Shown here: positions 6,038-14,420 of the stretch, piece after piece
Numbering within the stretch: the stretch's first letter is position 1
Layout: each line of letters starts with the position of its first letter
Source of the DNA: an uncultured Rubritalea sp.
GTDB lineage: Bacteria > Verrucomicrobiota > Verrucomicrobiia > Verrucomicrobiales > Akkermansiaceae
Length of the DNA stretch: 24,000 nt
Assembly: GCA_937981665.1 (NCBI GenBank)
Contig: CALJOJ010000057.1
Span: 3,255-27,254 of the forward strand
Direction: 5' to 3'
Program-made: the position numbers and the translations under genes
Notes under the pieces: model-generated
The model's input: the letters and a program-made list of their open reading frames with translations, nothing else
Database searches by the model: none
Told to the model about the DNA's origin: nothing

Positions 6038-8052
6038 AGCTAAGAGAAATAGTTTGGCTTGTTCTCGCTGTAATCATAGCTGTGCTATGCTACTGCTATG
6101 CATCTTACACGCCAGATTTTGATAGCTATGGAACTCCACGAGTTATCCTAGGAGTGCTTATAGGAATAGTAGGCTTGGCGATGGTCTTCATCTTCCCTAA
6201 TGTTTCTAACAAGAAGGCAATCATTCTCATTCTAGCCATCGCGGCGATCACTCGTTTAGCTATTTTCCCCACTGGAGCATCAGACGATGTGAACCGTTAT
6301 CTCTGGGAAGGAAATCTCTATTCTCAAGGTATCAGCCCGTATAAAAATGTAGCTGAGCATAAGTCCTATATTCCCTATCGTGATCAGTTCTATGAGGAAA
6401 TGAACCATAAGGATAAGCCCACTGCTTACCCTCCATTCGCTCTACATTGCTTTAGTATGATCAATAAAATCGGCTATAACCCGAGCAGTTATAAGATCGT
6501 ATTCCTGCTGTTAGACTTACTGGTTATCGCTACCATTTTGGCATTATTACGCCACTATCATCGGCCTATTCAATGGTCACTACTTTATGCGTTGAGCCCT
6601 ATTTCGTTATTATCTTTTGCTGCTGAAGGTCACTTTGATGTGGTGATGGTTCTATTTCTAACCGCTTCTATTTTATGTATGACTAAGCGATGGATCATCC
6701 CGTGCGGTATCGCTGTGGGGCTCGCCATTTCTGTAAAAGTCATGGCCGCTGTGGTCGCGCCTATCATTCTTTTGAAGACAGGTTGGAGAGGGATCATCGT
6801 AGGCATTATTGTCAGCCTCCTGCCACTAGCACTCTACTATGATGATAGTTTACAGATGGCTCAGGGTATTCTTAAATTTGGATCTAACAGATTTAATGGC
6901 CCGGCTAATCAATTTTTTGTACAGGCCCTTGGCTTCTCTACAGAGTATGCGGGGGCTCTCTGTAAAGTTCTCTTCTTTACCTCATGGGGTATAGGATTCT
7001 GGCTCTGCATTAAGCATAAATTCTGGGTAAGTATCAACCTCTGTCTGGGAAGCCTTATCTTCTTCTCCCCTATTATTCACTTCTGGTATCTCTCATGGTT
7101 ACTGCCATTCATTGCTCTTCGTCCGTCACTGCCGTGGATCACCATGTCCATCACCATGCCCCTCTACTTTACTGTGTGGACGCAGTTTGAAAACACTGGT
7201 GAATGGGCTATGCCTGTCTGGGCGCGCTGGCTATTCTGGACACCATTTATCCTCGCCTGCATCATGCATCTTCCACGTCACGTGATCTCCATGTTCTATG
7301 CCATCACCCGACCTACATCTAACAGAAAAGAAAATGAGAGGTTACATTGGTCAGTAATCATCCCTACGCTAAGCATCGATGTTAGACTCAGAGAACTCAT
7401 TCTAAAACTAGAGAAACAGAGCATAGTGCTGGACGAAATAGTCATCGTGTATTCTTCTGATGAAGACGTGAGCGATGAGTTAAAATCCGAGTATTTTCAT
7501 ATCAAAATGATCCATTCTCCTAGAGGGCGAGGGCTACAAATCAAGACGGGTGTGGAAGCTGCGCAGATGGACTGGTGCCTTATTCTCCATGCAGACAACC
7601 AGCTACAACTAGACACATTCAGTAAGCTTAATGCAGCTATCCAGGTGAATGCCGACATCGTAGGCGGCAGCCTCGGTCAGCGCTTCGACCGTCACGCTCC
7701 AGGGCTACTACTTATAGAGAGCATGAATGACTTCCGAGCCAGTTTACTACAAACTAGCTTTGGGGATCAGAACCAGTTTTTACATCGCGAGACGGCGATT
7801 AGCAATAACGTCCTCACCGATCAGCCCTTGATGGAAGACATAGAAATGAGCGACAGGCTGAGACTGCAAGGCGACACCTTACATCTCGCCCATGAGAGCA
7901 CAGTATCAGCCGAGAAATGGAAGAAGAAGACGTACTGGACACGCTTCTTCACCATCGTTGGCTTCTATTTTAAATACCGTATACTGTTTTACTCAGCCCG
8001 TAAACGCGCGGACTTGAGCAAGATGTTTTATAAAAAGTATTACCTACGATAA
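6034..8052 (+). CDS. Fusion protein: N-terminal polytopic GT-C-like (DUF2029/PMT/PIG-V-like) membrane domain plus C-terminal TIGR04283-like GT2 domain (rSAM/selenodomain-associated transferase 2; arsenosugar-associated glycosyltransferase)
   Basis: Residues 1-430 contain more than 10 hydrophobic helices and an acidic loop motif, GASDDVNRYLWEG (starting at 6280), after early TM helices, as in GT-C enzymes. For the C-terminal domain see the separate feature at 7345-8049. The start is TTG at 6034, overlapping the upstream TGA. Confidence 0.75.
   Translation: MKLREIVWLVLAVIIAVLCYCYASYTPDFDSYGTPRVILGVLIGIVGLAMVFIFPNVSNKKAIILILAIAAITRLAIFPTGASDDVNRYLWEGNLYSQGISPYKNVAEHKSYIPYRDQFYEEMNHKDKPTAYPPFALHCFSMINKIGYNPSSYKIVFLLLDLLVIATILALLRHYHRPIQWSLLYALSPISLLSFAAEGHFDVVMVLFLTASILCMTKRWIIPCGIAVGLAISVKVMAAVVAPIILLKTGWRGIIVGIIVSLLPLALYYDDSLQMAQGILKFGSNRFNGPANQFFVQALGFSTEYAGALCKVLFFTSWGIGFWLCIKHKFWVSINLCLGSLIFFSPIIHFWYLSWLLPFIALRPSLPWITMSITMPLYFTVWTQFENTGEWAMPVWARWLFWTPFILACIMHLPRHVISMFYAITRPTSNRKENERLHWSVIIPTLSIDVRLRELILKLEKQSIVLDEIVIVYSSDEDVSDELKSEYFHIKMIHSPRGRGLQIKTGVEAAQMDWCLILHADNQLQLDTFSKLNAAIQVNADIVGGSLGQRFDRHAPGLLLIESMNDFRASLLQTSFGDQNQFLHRETAISNNVLTDQPLMEDIEMSDRLRLQGDTLHLAHESTVSAEKWKKKTYWTRFFTIVGFYFKYRILFYSARKRADLSKMFYKKYYLR
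7345..8049 (+). other. TIGR04283-like GT2 domain inside the 672-aa fusion protein
   Basis: Segment HWSVIIPTL...IVIVYSSDED...SPRGRGLQIKTGVEAAQMDWCLILHADNQL...SFGDQNQFLHRE...PLMEDIEMSDRL...SAEKWKK. It matches my recollection of the family consensus (IIPT.NE, GRa.QmN.Ga, lfLHaDt, yGDQ, lMEDie...Rl). Confidence 0.7.
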
Positions 8053-10610
8053 AGGAATGCGTCTGATGTTACCAGTGAAGTAATGAGAGCTTTCATACTG
8101 CCATCGTTATCGCGGTAAGCTTTATGAGCTGCTTTCAATACCGGAGCGTCATGCAAGGTTTCGTTTCTACCCATCCAGTAGCGGAAGGCGTGGCGGACGA
8201 AGACCTGTTCTACGCGCTCACTCTTGGCTAGCTTGTTGATCATTTCAAACGCATCTTTGACAGGGCCATCTAGTGCGGGATCACCGGAGTCAATGATTCT
8301 GCCGCTAGTGTCCACTGGCTTACCATGCTCAAAGTCGCGAAAAATCCCCATGTGATTATACATCTCAAAGGTGAGGCCTAATGGGTCCATTTTTTCATGG
8401 CAGCTAATACATTGCTTTTCTCGTGTGATACGCATGCGTGAGCGTAGTGTGGTGCCCGGTTCATCTGGAAGCTGAGCATCCACTGTAATAGGAACATCTG
8501 GAATGCCACCACCTAACAGACGCTCGCGCACCCATATGCCACGGTGAATAGCGTGGTTATCCATAGCGTCTGAGTGTGAGACTAGCCAAGATGGAGTGGT
8601 GAGGATGCCGAGACGCTCACCTTTAGGAGCATTGGTAAGAATACGCTCTGCCGGCATCGATCTTAAGCCTAATGTAGGCCTTGTCATGCGGGCATAAATA
8701 GGCTCACCTGTTAAATCAGCATGATTAACTTTTGGCGTTTTTAGAACAGCCAAGTCACGGCGATAGGCCGCTGAGGTATTAGACTTGTTACGTATGTCAA
8801 AGACTTGTTTATAGAGTTCTCTCCACCTCTCGCTGCCTTTACTAGCTCTATTAGCCTCAGTGGTTAGTTTTTTCTTTTCATTTATTAGCTGTTGAGTCCG
8901 TGCGTTGGCTCTGTCATAATTTACATTCCAACTGTCGATTTTTTGTTTCGATAGTTTCGCCTCTTGCTCGGTAAACATCTTACCGTAGAAAACGATATCG
9001 TCTGGTGAAGCGACTACTTTCTGCGTAGTGAGTAGCTGATTGAGTACATCTTTATCTTCCTCAAGAATAAACTCCACGAGACGATCCGTACTGGCAGAAG
9101 CGCCAAACATAGATTTACTAAGTTGTTCAGTATCATGGTTTATACCTGCCTCCTTTAAGGCTTCAGCGTCTTTATCGTTATATCCTGCTAGATCATAGTC
9201 AAAATATTCGCGGAAAAACTGAAGCACACGTGGCTTTCTAAGCGTGTCATCATTTAACATGCGGGTAAGCTCACGCTTTACATCTTCTTTGGTACGCATC
9301 TTACCATTGACAATTGCTTTACGTAATGTGGCATCGGGCTTGATGTAGCTTAGTGCATGGTTCACCGCTAGCCCTAGTTCCCAGTCTTGTAACATCACTC
9401 TACCGTGTTCATCCGTAGTATTTCCTGTACCCAGCTCAGAGCGGAACAGTGCATCTCTATCGAGAAATATCGCAGATAGCCCTACGATTACTCCTTCTTT
9501 CTTACCTAGCTTCGCGATCGTATTTTCGACTAGTTTCATGTACTTACTGGTCTCTGTATCCGTAGGAGGACGGAAGGTGAGCCTCTCAAAGAGGTCAGCC
9601 ACTACATGACGTAACTCTTCTTCTGTATACTCTTTCTCTACATCTTGGAGCAGATGATAAAGTGGGGTTTCTGGTCGGTGAAATTTAGTACTATAAGTGA
9701 GTGATGATGCAAGACCGCGGTCATCTTCTCTCTCTCGTTTGAGCTGGTGTTCCGTGGGATCATCAGTGATCTGATCTGGTGTGCTTGAAATGCTAATAGG
9801 CCCGAATGCAGCATACCTGAGCAGGCGCTGAGCTTTATCTAAGATCTGCATCGTCTCCGCGCTATTCACGCTCGCTTGGTCTGCGTAGTTCTCGATACCA
9901 TGTTGATGCATGGATGACAGCACACTCGGAGTGCTCGTGATAGCGGTCACATAGGCCACGCTACCACCAGACCAGTTGATGATATTATCAAGCCCGTAAT
10001 ATAGCTTCAGCTCCCCTGCATGGTTCACTGGGATAGCATCTCCATGAGTACGATACCCTGGCTTGTTAGGATCGTACTTAGGTTCGGTGTTGATGAGCTC
10101 ATTTAGTCTTGTTAGATGCTCGCTAGGTGTTACTCGCCAGATTCTTCTAGGAGATGCGGTAGGCTCTAACTTTATGTCCTTTGGTAGCTCATTAAAGAGC
10201 AGATCATGATCTACGAAGTTTCCTCGCTTCGCTTTCTGATGATCATGAAATCCTCCTTTATGTTTCATCAAGGTTTCCATGTTAGAAACGATGCCGTGGT
10301 TAAATTTTAGTCGTTCAATAATTTCTGGTTGTTCCTCATCTTTTGGAGGCATTTCCTTCAGAGCTACTTGAGCCCAGATAGACTTCCATTGTTCTGCGTT
10401 GGTCTCATCAAGCTGTCCCAGGTCATCCATGTTGAAACCACCTTTTTTTGAGCCATCTCCATGACAATCAAAACAATAGTTCTCTAGGAAATCGGTAGTG
10501 AAGGCTTGGTAATCTTTGATAGTACTATGCCCAGGGACATAGTTTTCCTGCGCGCTGATCGAGGAGAACGGCGATACCGCTACTATTAAAAATGTGCTGA
10601 TTATTTTCAT
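8040..10610 (-). CDS. DUF1592/DUF1588/DUF1585-family protein (planctomycete-type PSD/PSCyt domains), exported, with two CxxCH motifs
   Basis: Signal peptide MKIISTFLIVAVSPFSSISA-QE. CFDCH at 10461-10475 in the context NYCFDCHGDGSKKGGFNMDD. CISCH at 8397-8411 in the context CISCHEKMDPLGLTFEMYNHMG, the DUF1588 hallmark. It is paired with the upstream DUF1552 gene, as this family typically is. Confidence 0.85.
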   Translation of the reverse strand: MKIISTFLIVAVSPFSSISAQENYVPGHSTIKDYQAFTTDFLENYCFDCHGDGSKKGGFNMDDLGQLDETNAEQWKSIWAQVALKEMPPKDEEQPEIIERLKFNHGIVSNMETLMKHKGGFHDHQKAKRGNFVDHDLLFNELPKDIKLEPTASPRRIWRVTPSEHLTRLNELINTEPKYDPNKPGYRTHGDAIPVNHAGELKLYYGLDNIINWSGGSVAYVTAITSTPSVLSSMHQHGIENYADQASVNSAETMQILDKAQRLLRYAAFGPISISSTPDQITDDPTEHQLKREREDDRGLASSLTYSTKFHRPETPLYHLLQDVEKEYTEEELRHVVADLFERLTFRPPTDTETSKYMKLVENTIAKLGKKEGVIVGLSAIFLDRDALFRSELGTGNTTDEHGRVMLQDWELGLAVNHALSYIKPDATLRKAIVNGKMRTKEDVKRELTRMLNDDTLRKPRVLQFFREYFDYDLAGYNDKDAEALKEAGINHDTEQLSKSMFGASASTDRLVEFILEEDKDVLNQLLTTQKVVASPDDIVFYGKMFTEQEAKLSKQKIDSWNVNYDRANARTQQLINEKKKLTTEANRASKGSERWRELYKQVFDIRNKSNTSAAYRRDLAVLKTPKVNHADLTGEPIYARMTRPTLGLRSMPAERILTNAPKGERLGILTTPSWLVSHSDAMDNHAIHRGIWVRERLLGGGIPDVPITVDAQLPDEPGTTLRSRMRITREKQCISCHEKMDPLGLTFEMYNHMGIFRDFEHGKPVDTSGRIIDSGDPALDGPVKDAFEMINKLAKSERVEQVFVRHAFRYWMGRNETLHDAPVLKAAHKAYRDNDGSMKALITSLVTSDAFLYRR

Positions 10611-10628
10611 CGTTTCAGTAGAAATAAA

Positions 10629-12035
10629 TTAAGCTAGAACCTCGCGTAGAGGGCCGCTGCTAGCGTCAAATTTCCCTGCAAGACTCTCGGACATGTTATA
10701 TCTTTCAACAGTGTTCTTTCCGCAGCCAGTCATGAGTGAAGCGTAGAGAGAGTTGATAGGTCTACTTCCATCAAGTTTAGTCAGCCTACCGGTTTTAAAG
10801 GCTCCTCCTGGATTCCCTATGAGCATCATCGGCCAGGTTTTTCCTGTGGTGTGTTGCTTGTCTGCATTGTTAGAAGTATAGACGATGAGTGTGTTGTCCA
10901 TCATCGTGCCGCTACCTTCAGGAACACTTTCAAGCTCTTCAATGACCTTAACGAGCATTTCCATATTATAAGCGCGGATTTTATCCCAAATTGGATTTCT
11001 ATACTGCTGCATGTGGCCTAGGTTATGCCCTCGCTGCTGGATACCTAGACCTGTATATGAACCAAAAATTTGACCACGACCAGAAGCCATAGTGAGGACA
11101 TTTGTAGTGCCTGACTTTAGAGTGGAGATACCTAGGTCTAACAAGACATCATGCCAGTCTGTCTCAGACTCTGGAGCTCTGTAGCGGCTGTCCACTGTAG
11201 GGGCAAATTTTCGTAAGTGATCTTCGGCGCTGGCGAGCTTATCACGGAGCGTATTCATGTCTTCGAAGCCATTGATAAACTGATTATATCGTTCTCTATC
11301 TCCAGATGGCAAAGCCTCAGCATTGCCCTGAGCTATTTGATGGATATTACCTAACAACGCGGTCTGCACGTCATGCTGAGTGCGTAAGTCTCCAGTGGCT
11401 ATCCCGCCGTAGAGATGCTTATAGAGATGCTCTGGATTAGAGTGCATGAAGATCGGTTTTCCTGCACCAGAGGCAGAGAGTCGTGCTACGGTTGGCTTGG
11501 CCTTCATTGCTTCTAGAGAGTCCATACCGATGCAGAGATGAGGGAGTAAGCTCGTTGGCATAAGTTGGCTTAGATCATGGTCAATAGTTGAGCCACTAGG
11601 CAGCATGCCATCACCACTACGGTAGCCACCTAGAGCACCAAAAAAGGCGCTGTGCGTGGGGCTTGTGTGTTTGCCGTGCAGGCCTGTGATGATATGGAGC
11701 TTATCTTTGAAAGGGTCTAAGGCTTGGATCGGCTTTGGTAAAACAGCGCCGGCTAGCGAGCCATTATTTCCCGCCATTTTCGTAGGTAGGCAAGTGCGTG
11801 GGTCAAATCCTTGGTTCTGAAGAAAGAATACGACACGTTTAGGTCCACCTATGCTTCCTGGCTGAGCCACTCCCGCCTGAGCAAGCTGAGCTAAGAGTCC
11901 GGAGCTAGCACCAACACCAGCACCGAATAGTGAAGTCTTCGCTGCTGCTCCCAAGCTACCAATCAGCGTTTTCAATGACTCTCTGCGTGTTAGTTCCTTC
12001 ATAAGAATTAATTTAATAAGTGATGATAGCCTCAT
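10629..12035 (-). CDS. DUF1552 domain protein with twin-arginine signal
   Basis: Tat-like [17 protein letters not shown] near the N-terminus. The protein is about 450 aa and sits immediately upstream of the DUF1592 partner with an 18-nt gap. The true start may be the ATG at 12002 ([11 protein letters not shown]), which gives a more standard Tat leader. Confidence 0.85.
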   Translation of the reverse strand: MRLSSLIKLILMKELTRRESLKTLIGSLGAAAKTSLFGAGVGASSGLLAQLAQAGVAQPGSIGGPKRVVFFLQNQGFDPRTCLPTKMAGNNGSLAGAVLPKPIQALDPFKDKLHIITGLHGKHTSPTHSAFFGALGGYRSGDGMLPSGSTIDHDLSQLMPTSLLPHLCIGMDSLEAMKAKPTVARLSASGAGKPIFMHSNPEHLYKHLYGGIATGDLRTQHDVQTALLGNIHQIAQGNAEALPSGDRERYNQFINGFEDMNTLRDKLASAEDHLRKFAPTVDSRYRAPESETDWHDVLLDLGISTLKSGTTNVLTMASGRGQIFGSYTGLGIQQRGHNLGHMQQYRNPIWDKIRAYNMEMLVKVIEELESVPEGSGTMMDNTLIVYTSNNADKQHTTGKTWPMMLIGNPGGAFKTGRLTKLDGSRPINSLYASLMTGCGKNTVERYNMSESLAGKFDASSGPLREVLA

Positions 12036-12210
12036 CTAGTTACATTAAGCCTATCTATTCCTATACATACGGAGGTTCATGGCGGATATTTCATGCCAAT
12101 GGCGAAATGTAGAGGAGCCTAATAGATCACATTACAGTTAACAAAGCCTCTATTAGGATAGGATGGTCTTTCCGAGTTCCAACGGAACGGGCTATGTTAG
12201 GTAATAGAGT

Positions 12211-12232
12211 AATAAAAGAGGTCTGAAAGACC
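12211..12232 (-). terminator. Weak candidate terminator after the ars operon
   Basis: On the minus strand the sequence is GGTCT-TTC-AGACC followed by TCTTTTATT. The stem is only 5 bp. Confidence 0.3.
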
Positions 12233-12248
12233 GCGCTAAGACCGCGCT
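12227..12248. repeat. Perfect tandem duplication of an 11-nt unit (aagaccgcgct x2)
   Basis: Read directly: 12227-12237 and 12238-12248 are identical. The first copy overlaps the small hairpin at 12220-12232. Confidence 0.9.
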
Positions 12249-12312
12249 GATAGGATCCAGCATGTTCATTTTAGAGGGATAAATCACCCTAAACAACTAG
12301 CCGTAATGACGC

Positions 12313-12969
12313 TTACTCCCAGAGCCTACCACCAAGTACTTCTGCAGCGTGATCCAGGTCTGACTCGGTGTCTACATCACGGAGTGCTTCGAATAGCTTT
12401 AGTGAGTTTCCAGCTGTGCGTAAACGCTTAGCTGACATTTCTAAAACGGTGTCTGTGCTCCACTCGATGTCATGATACATCTCAGGGTGAACAGCTTTTA
12501 CGCCAGCCATAACGTAGCCGCCATCTAAGGCTGGGGTGAATGCTACATTGTGGTCATCAAGAGCTCTGACGGTAGCTTCTATGTGAGCGGGAGTGATGGC
12601 CGGGCAGTCGGTGCCGATAATGAGTGCCTTCTTAACTCCTTCAGTGAAGCTGGCTTCAATGGCGGACTGCATTTTTAAGCCTAAGTCCCCTTCTGCCTGC
12701 CGCTGCCAGTGCGCACTGCCTAGCCATTCCGTGACATCGGCATCTGACCCTCCAGCTACGTGAAACCTTAGCTGGATAGAGTCCAGATGCGGTAGAGTCT
12801 TATCTAACAGATGCTGCACCATGGCACGGTGGAGCTTACATGATGCTTCATTTCCAATGCTGGCGCCGAGCCTGGTCTTCACCTTTCCTGGCTCAGGAAA
12901 TTTTGTCATAATGACGAGGTGTGTCACTTGATTTTTACAAGCTTCGTCACTTATGAAATTTTCTAACAT
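12313..12969 (-). CDS. TIGR04282/DUF2064 family protein (rSAM/selenodomain-associated transferase 1; arsenosugar-associated glycosyltransferase)
   Basis: N-terminal hallmark LVIMTKFPEPGKVKTRLG. Also IGTDCP, and about 200 aa of nucleotide-diphospho-sugar-transferase-like length. It is the last gene of the arsM-arsS-arsC operon, 21 nt after arsC. Confidence 0.8.
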   Translation of the reverse strand: MLENFISDEACKNQVTHLVIMTKFPEPGKVKTRLGASIGNEASCKLHRAMVQHLLDKTLPHLDSIQLRFHVAGGSDADVTEWLGSAHWQRQAEGDLGLKMQSAIEASFTEGVKKALIIGTDCPAITPAHIEATVRALDDHNVAFTPALDGGYVMAGVKAVHPEMYHDIEWSTDTVLEMSAKRLRTAGNSLKLFEALRDVDTESDLDHAAEVLGGRLWE

Positions 12970-12990
12970 TGAGCAATAAAGTCTAACAGT

Positions 12991-13425
12991 TTATTGGTTT
13001 TGATGCGTTAGCTCATCGACATAAAGCTCAAATTTCTCCGATATCTGATCACGAATTCTTCTAAACTCATTTTCCACTTCTTCAGGAGATCCTTCTGCAT
13101 CTGCAGGATCATCAAAGCTCCAGCAGTAGTGATTTTTCTCACCTTTGAAGGTAGGGCAGCAGCCTTCTGCATTATCACAAACGGTGATGACCGTCTCTAC
13201 CTCACCATCGATGAACTCATCGAGATGCTTGCTCTTGTGATCTGAGATATCGATGTTTATTTCTGACATCACCTTCTGTGCTAATGGGTGGACGTAGCCG
13301 GAGGGCTTAGCACCAGCACTCTGCACATCATAGAGGTGACCTACCTTGTGCTTGAGATAGCCTTCTGCCATATGGCTACGGCAGGAATTTCCGGTACAGA
13401 GTACTAGTATCTTTGGTTTATTCAT
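12991..13425 (-). CDS. arsC: Arsenate reductase, LMW-PTP/thioredoxin-coupled type
   Basis: P-loop LCTGNSCRSHMAEG (CX5R). Downstream Cys cluster ITVCDNAEGCCP matches the Cys82/Cys89 region of Staphylococcus/Bacillus ArsC. Length 144 aa. Confidence 0.9.
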   Translation of the reverse strand: MNKPKILVLCTGNSCRSHMAEGYLKHKVGHLYDVQSAGAKPSGYVHPLAQKVMSEINIDISDHKSKHLDEFIDGEVETVITVCDNAEGCCPTFKGEKNHYCWSFDDPADAEGSPEEVENEFRRIRDQISEKFELYVDELTHQNQ

Positions 13426-13438
13426 GATTTGAAAATAT

Positions 13439-14383
13439 TTAACTCACTTTTCCTCCACAGCTACTACCTTTACCAGCAGTACAGCCGAAGCAATGGTTCG
13501 CGGTAATGATGTCTACGTCCTTCATGTCATCTGGAGCTATGTCCCAGAGGTAGAGTGGTTTTTCTTTCTTGAGCTGGTAGTTTAACATCTGGTTAAAGTC
13601 ACAGTCGTAGACTTCACCTTCGTAACCGATGTTTAGCGTGTTTCTACACATCAGGCCTTCTATTGTGGCTGGGTTATAGCTGTTAGAGAGGAGTTCCATG
13701 TAGTCATCGTACTCACCACGCTCCTTGAGATACGCCGTGTAGCGAGTCACTGGGATGTTAGCGAGCGCGAATAAGCGGGTGAATTCTACGCCGTAGCGCT
13801 TCTTAAGTTCCACTTTGTAGTCTTTTTCTAAATCATCCTGATCTGGCGGCAGTACCGCATCAGTAGGATTATAGACTAGTGTGAGAGGAAGCTTAGTTCC
13901 GTAGCCAGCAGCATTTAGCTTCTTCAGCGCACTGATAGACTTCTGGAAAACTCCATCACCACGTTGGCCATCTACATTATCCTCAAGATAACATGGTAGC
14001 GATGCTACGATCTCTACCTCATGCTTAGCCAGGTACTCAGGCAGATAAGCATGCGCCTTAGTCTCGATGATGGTGAGGTTATTACGGTCGATAACATGCG
14101 CACCTACTGATTTAGCCGTCTCCACGAAGTAGCGGAAAAATTCACTAATCTCAGGTGCACCACCGGTGATGTCTACCACCTTAGGCTTATGCTCCTTGAT
14201 CCATGCCCCCACTTTGTGTGCGCACTCCTCGTCCATCATTTCGGTTCTCCAGGGAGAAGCCTCTACGTGGCAATGAGAGCACGTTTGGTTACATTTTCGG
14301 CCTACATTGATCTGTAGAGTGTCGAAGGTTCCTCGCTTGAGCACCTGATCGTGCTCGCGTAGCTTCGCTTGAAAGTTAATCAT
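13439..14383 (-). CDS. arsS: Arsenosugar biosynthesis radical SAM protein ArsS (radical SAM/Cys-rich domain family), all-Cys form
   Basis: Radical SAM motif C31-x3-C35-x2-C38 (GRKCNQTCSHCH). C-terminal Cys-rich tail NHCFGCTAGKGSSCGGKVS. It sits between arsM and arsC with 37-nt and 13-nt gaps. Confidence 0.85.
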   Translation of the reverse strand: MINFQAKLREHDQVLKRGTFDTLQINVGRKCNQTCSHCHVEASPWRTEMMDEECAHKVGAWIKEHKPKVVDITGGAPEISEFFRYFVETAKSVGAHVIDRNNLTIIETKAHAYLPEYLAKHEVEIVASLPCYLEDNVDGQRGDGVFQKSISALKKLNAAGYGTKLPLTLVYNPTDAVLPPDQDDLEKDYKVELKKRYGVEFTRLFALANIPVTRYTAYLKERGEYDDYMELLSNSYNPATIEGLMCRNTLNIGYEGEVYDCDFNQMLNYQLKKEKPLYLWDIAPDDMKDVDIITANHCFGCTAGKGSSCGGKVS

Positions 14384-14420
14384 TATTTTTGTTAGATTAG
14401 GCTGTTAGACCGTTAATATA

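Noticed and set aside
10629-12035. Whether the DUF1552 N-terminus ([22 protein letters not shown]) indicates a mis-called start
   Set aside because: This is not a separate feature. Either ATG (12035 or 12002) keeps the Tat motif. I kept the longest ORF and noted the alternative start in the feature evidence.
12036-12312. 277-nt intergenic spacer considered as a riboswitch or ncRNA. It contains a 9-bp inverted repeat (cctaataga 12118-12126 / tctattagg 12149-12157), a gttcc-aac-ggaac hairpin and an 11-nt tandem duplication.
   Set aside because: The stems are short and AT-rich, and nothing resembles a riboswitch class I can recognise. The region is most simply the promoter/5' UTR of the DUF1552 gene plus a weak ars operon terminator. 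The tandem repeat is recorded only as a feature.
13439-13500. Possible selenocysteine (TGA-recoded) form of ArsS, since the family is named a (seleno)protein
   Set aside because: The ORF is uninterrupted. The C-terminal cluster is encoded by ordinary Cys codons (..CAT TGC TTC GGC TGT ... AGC TGT GGA GGA..) and ends at TAA. There is no in-frame TGA and no need to invoke a SECIS element.
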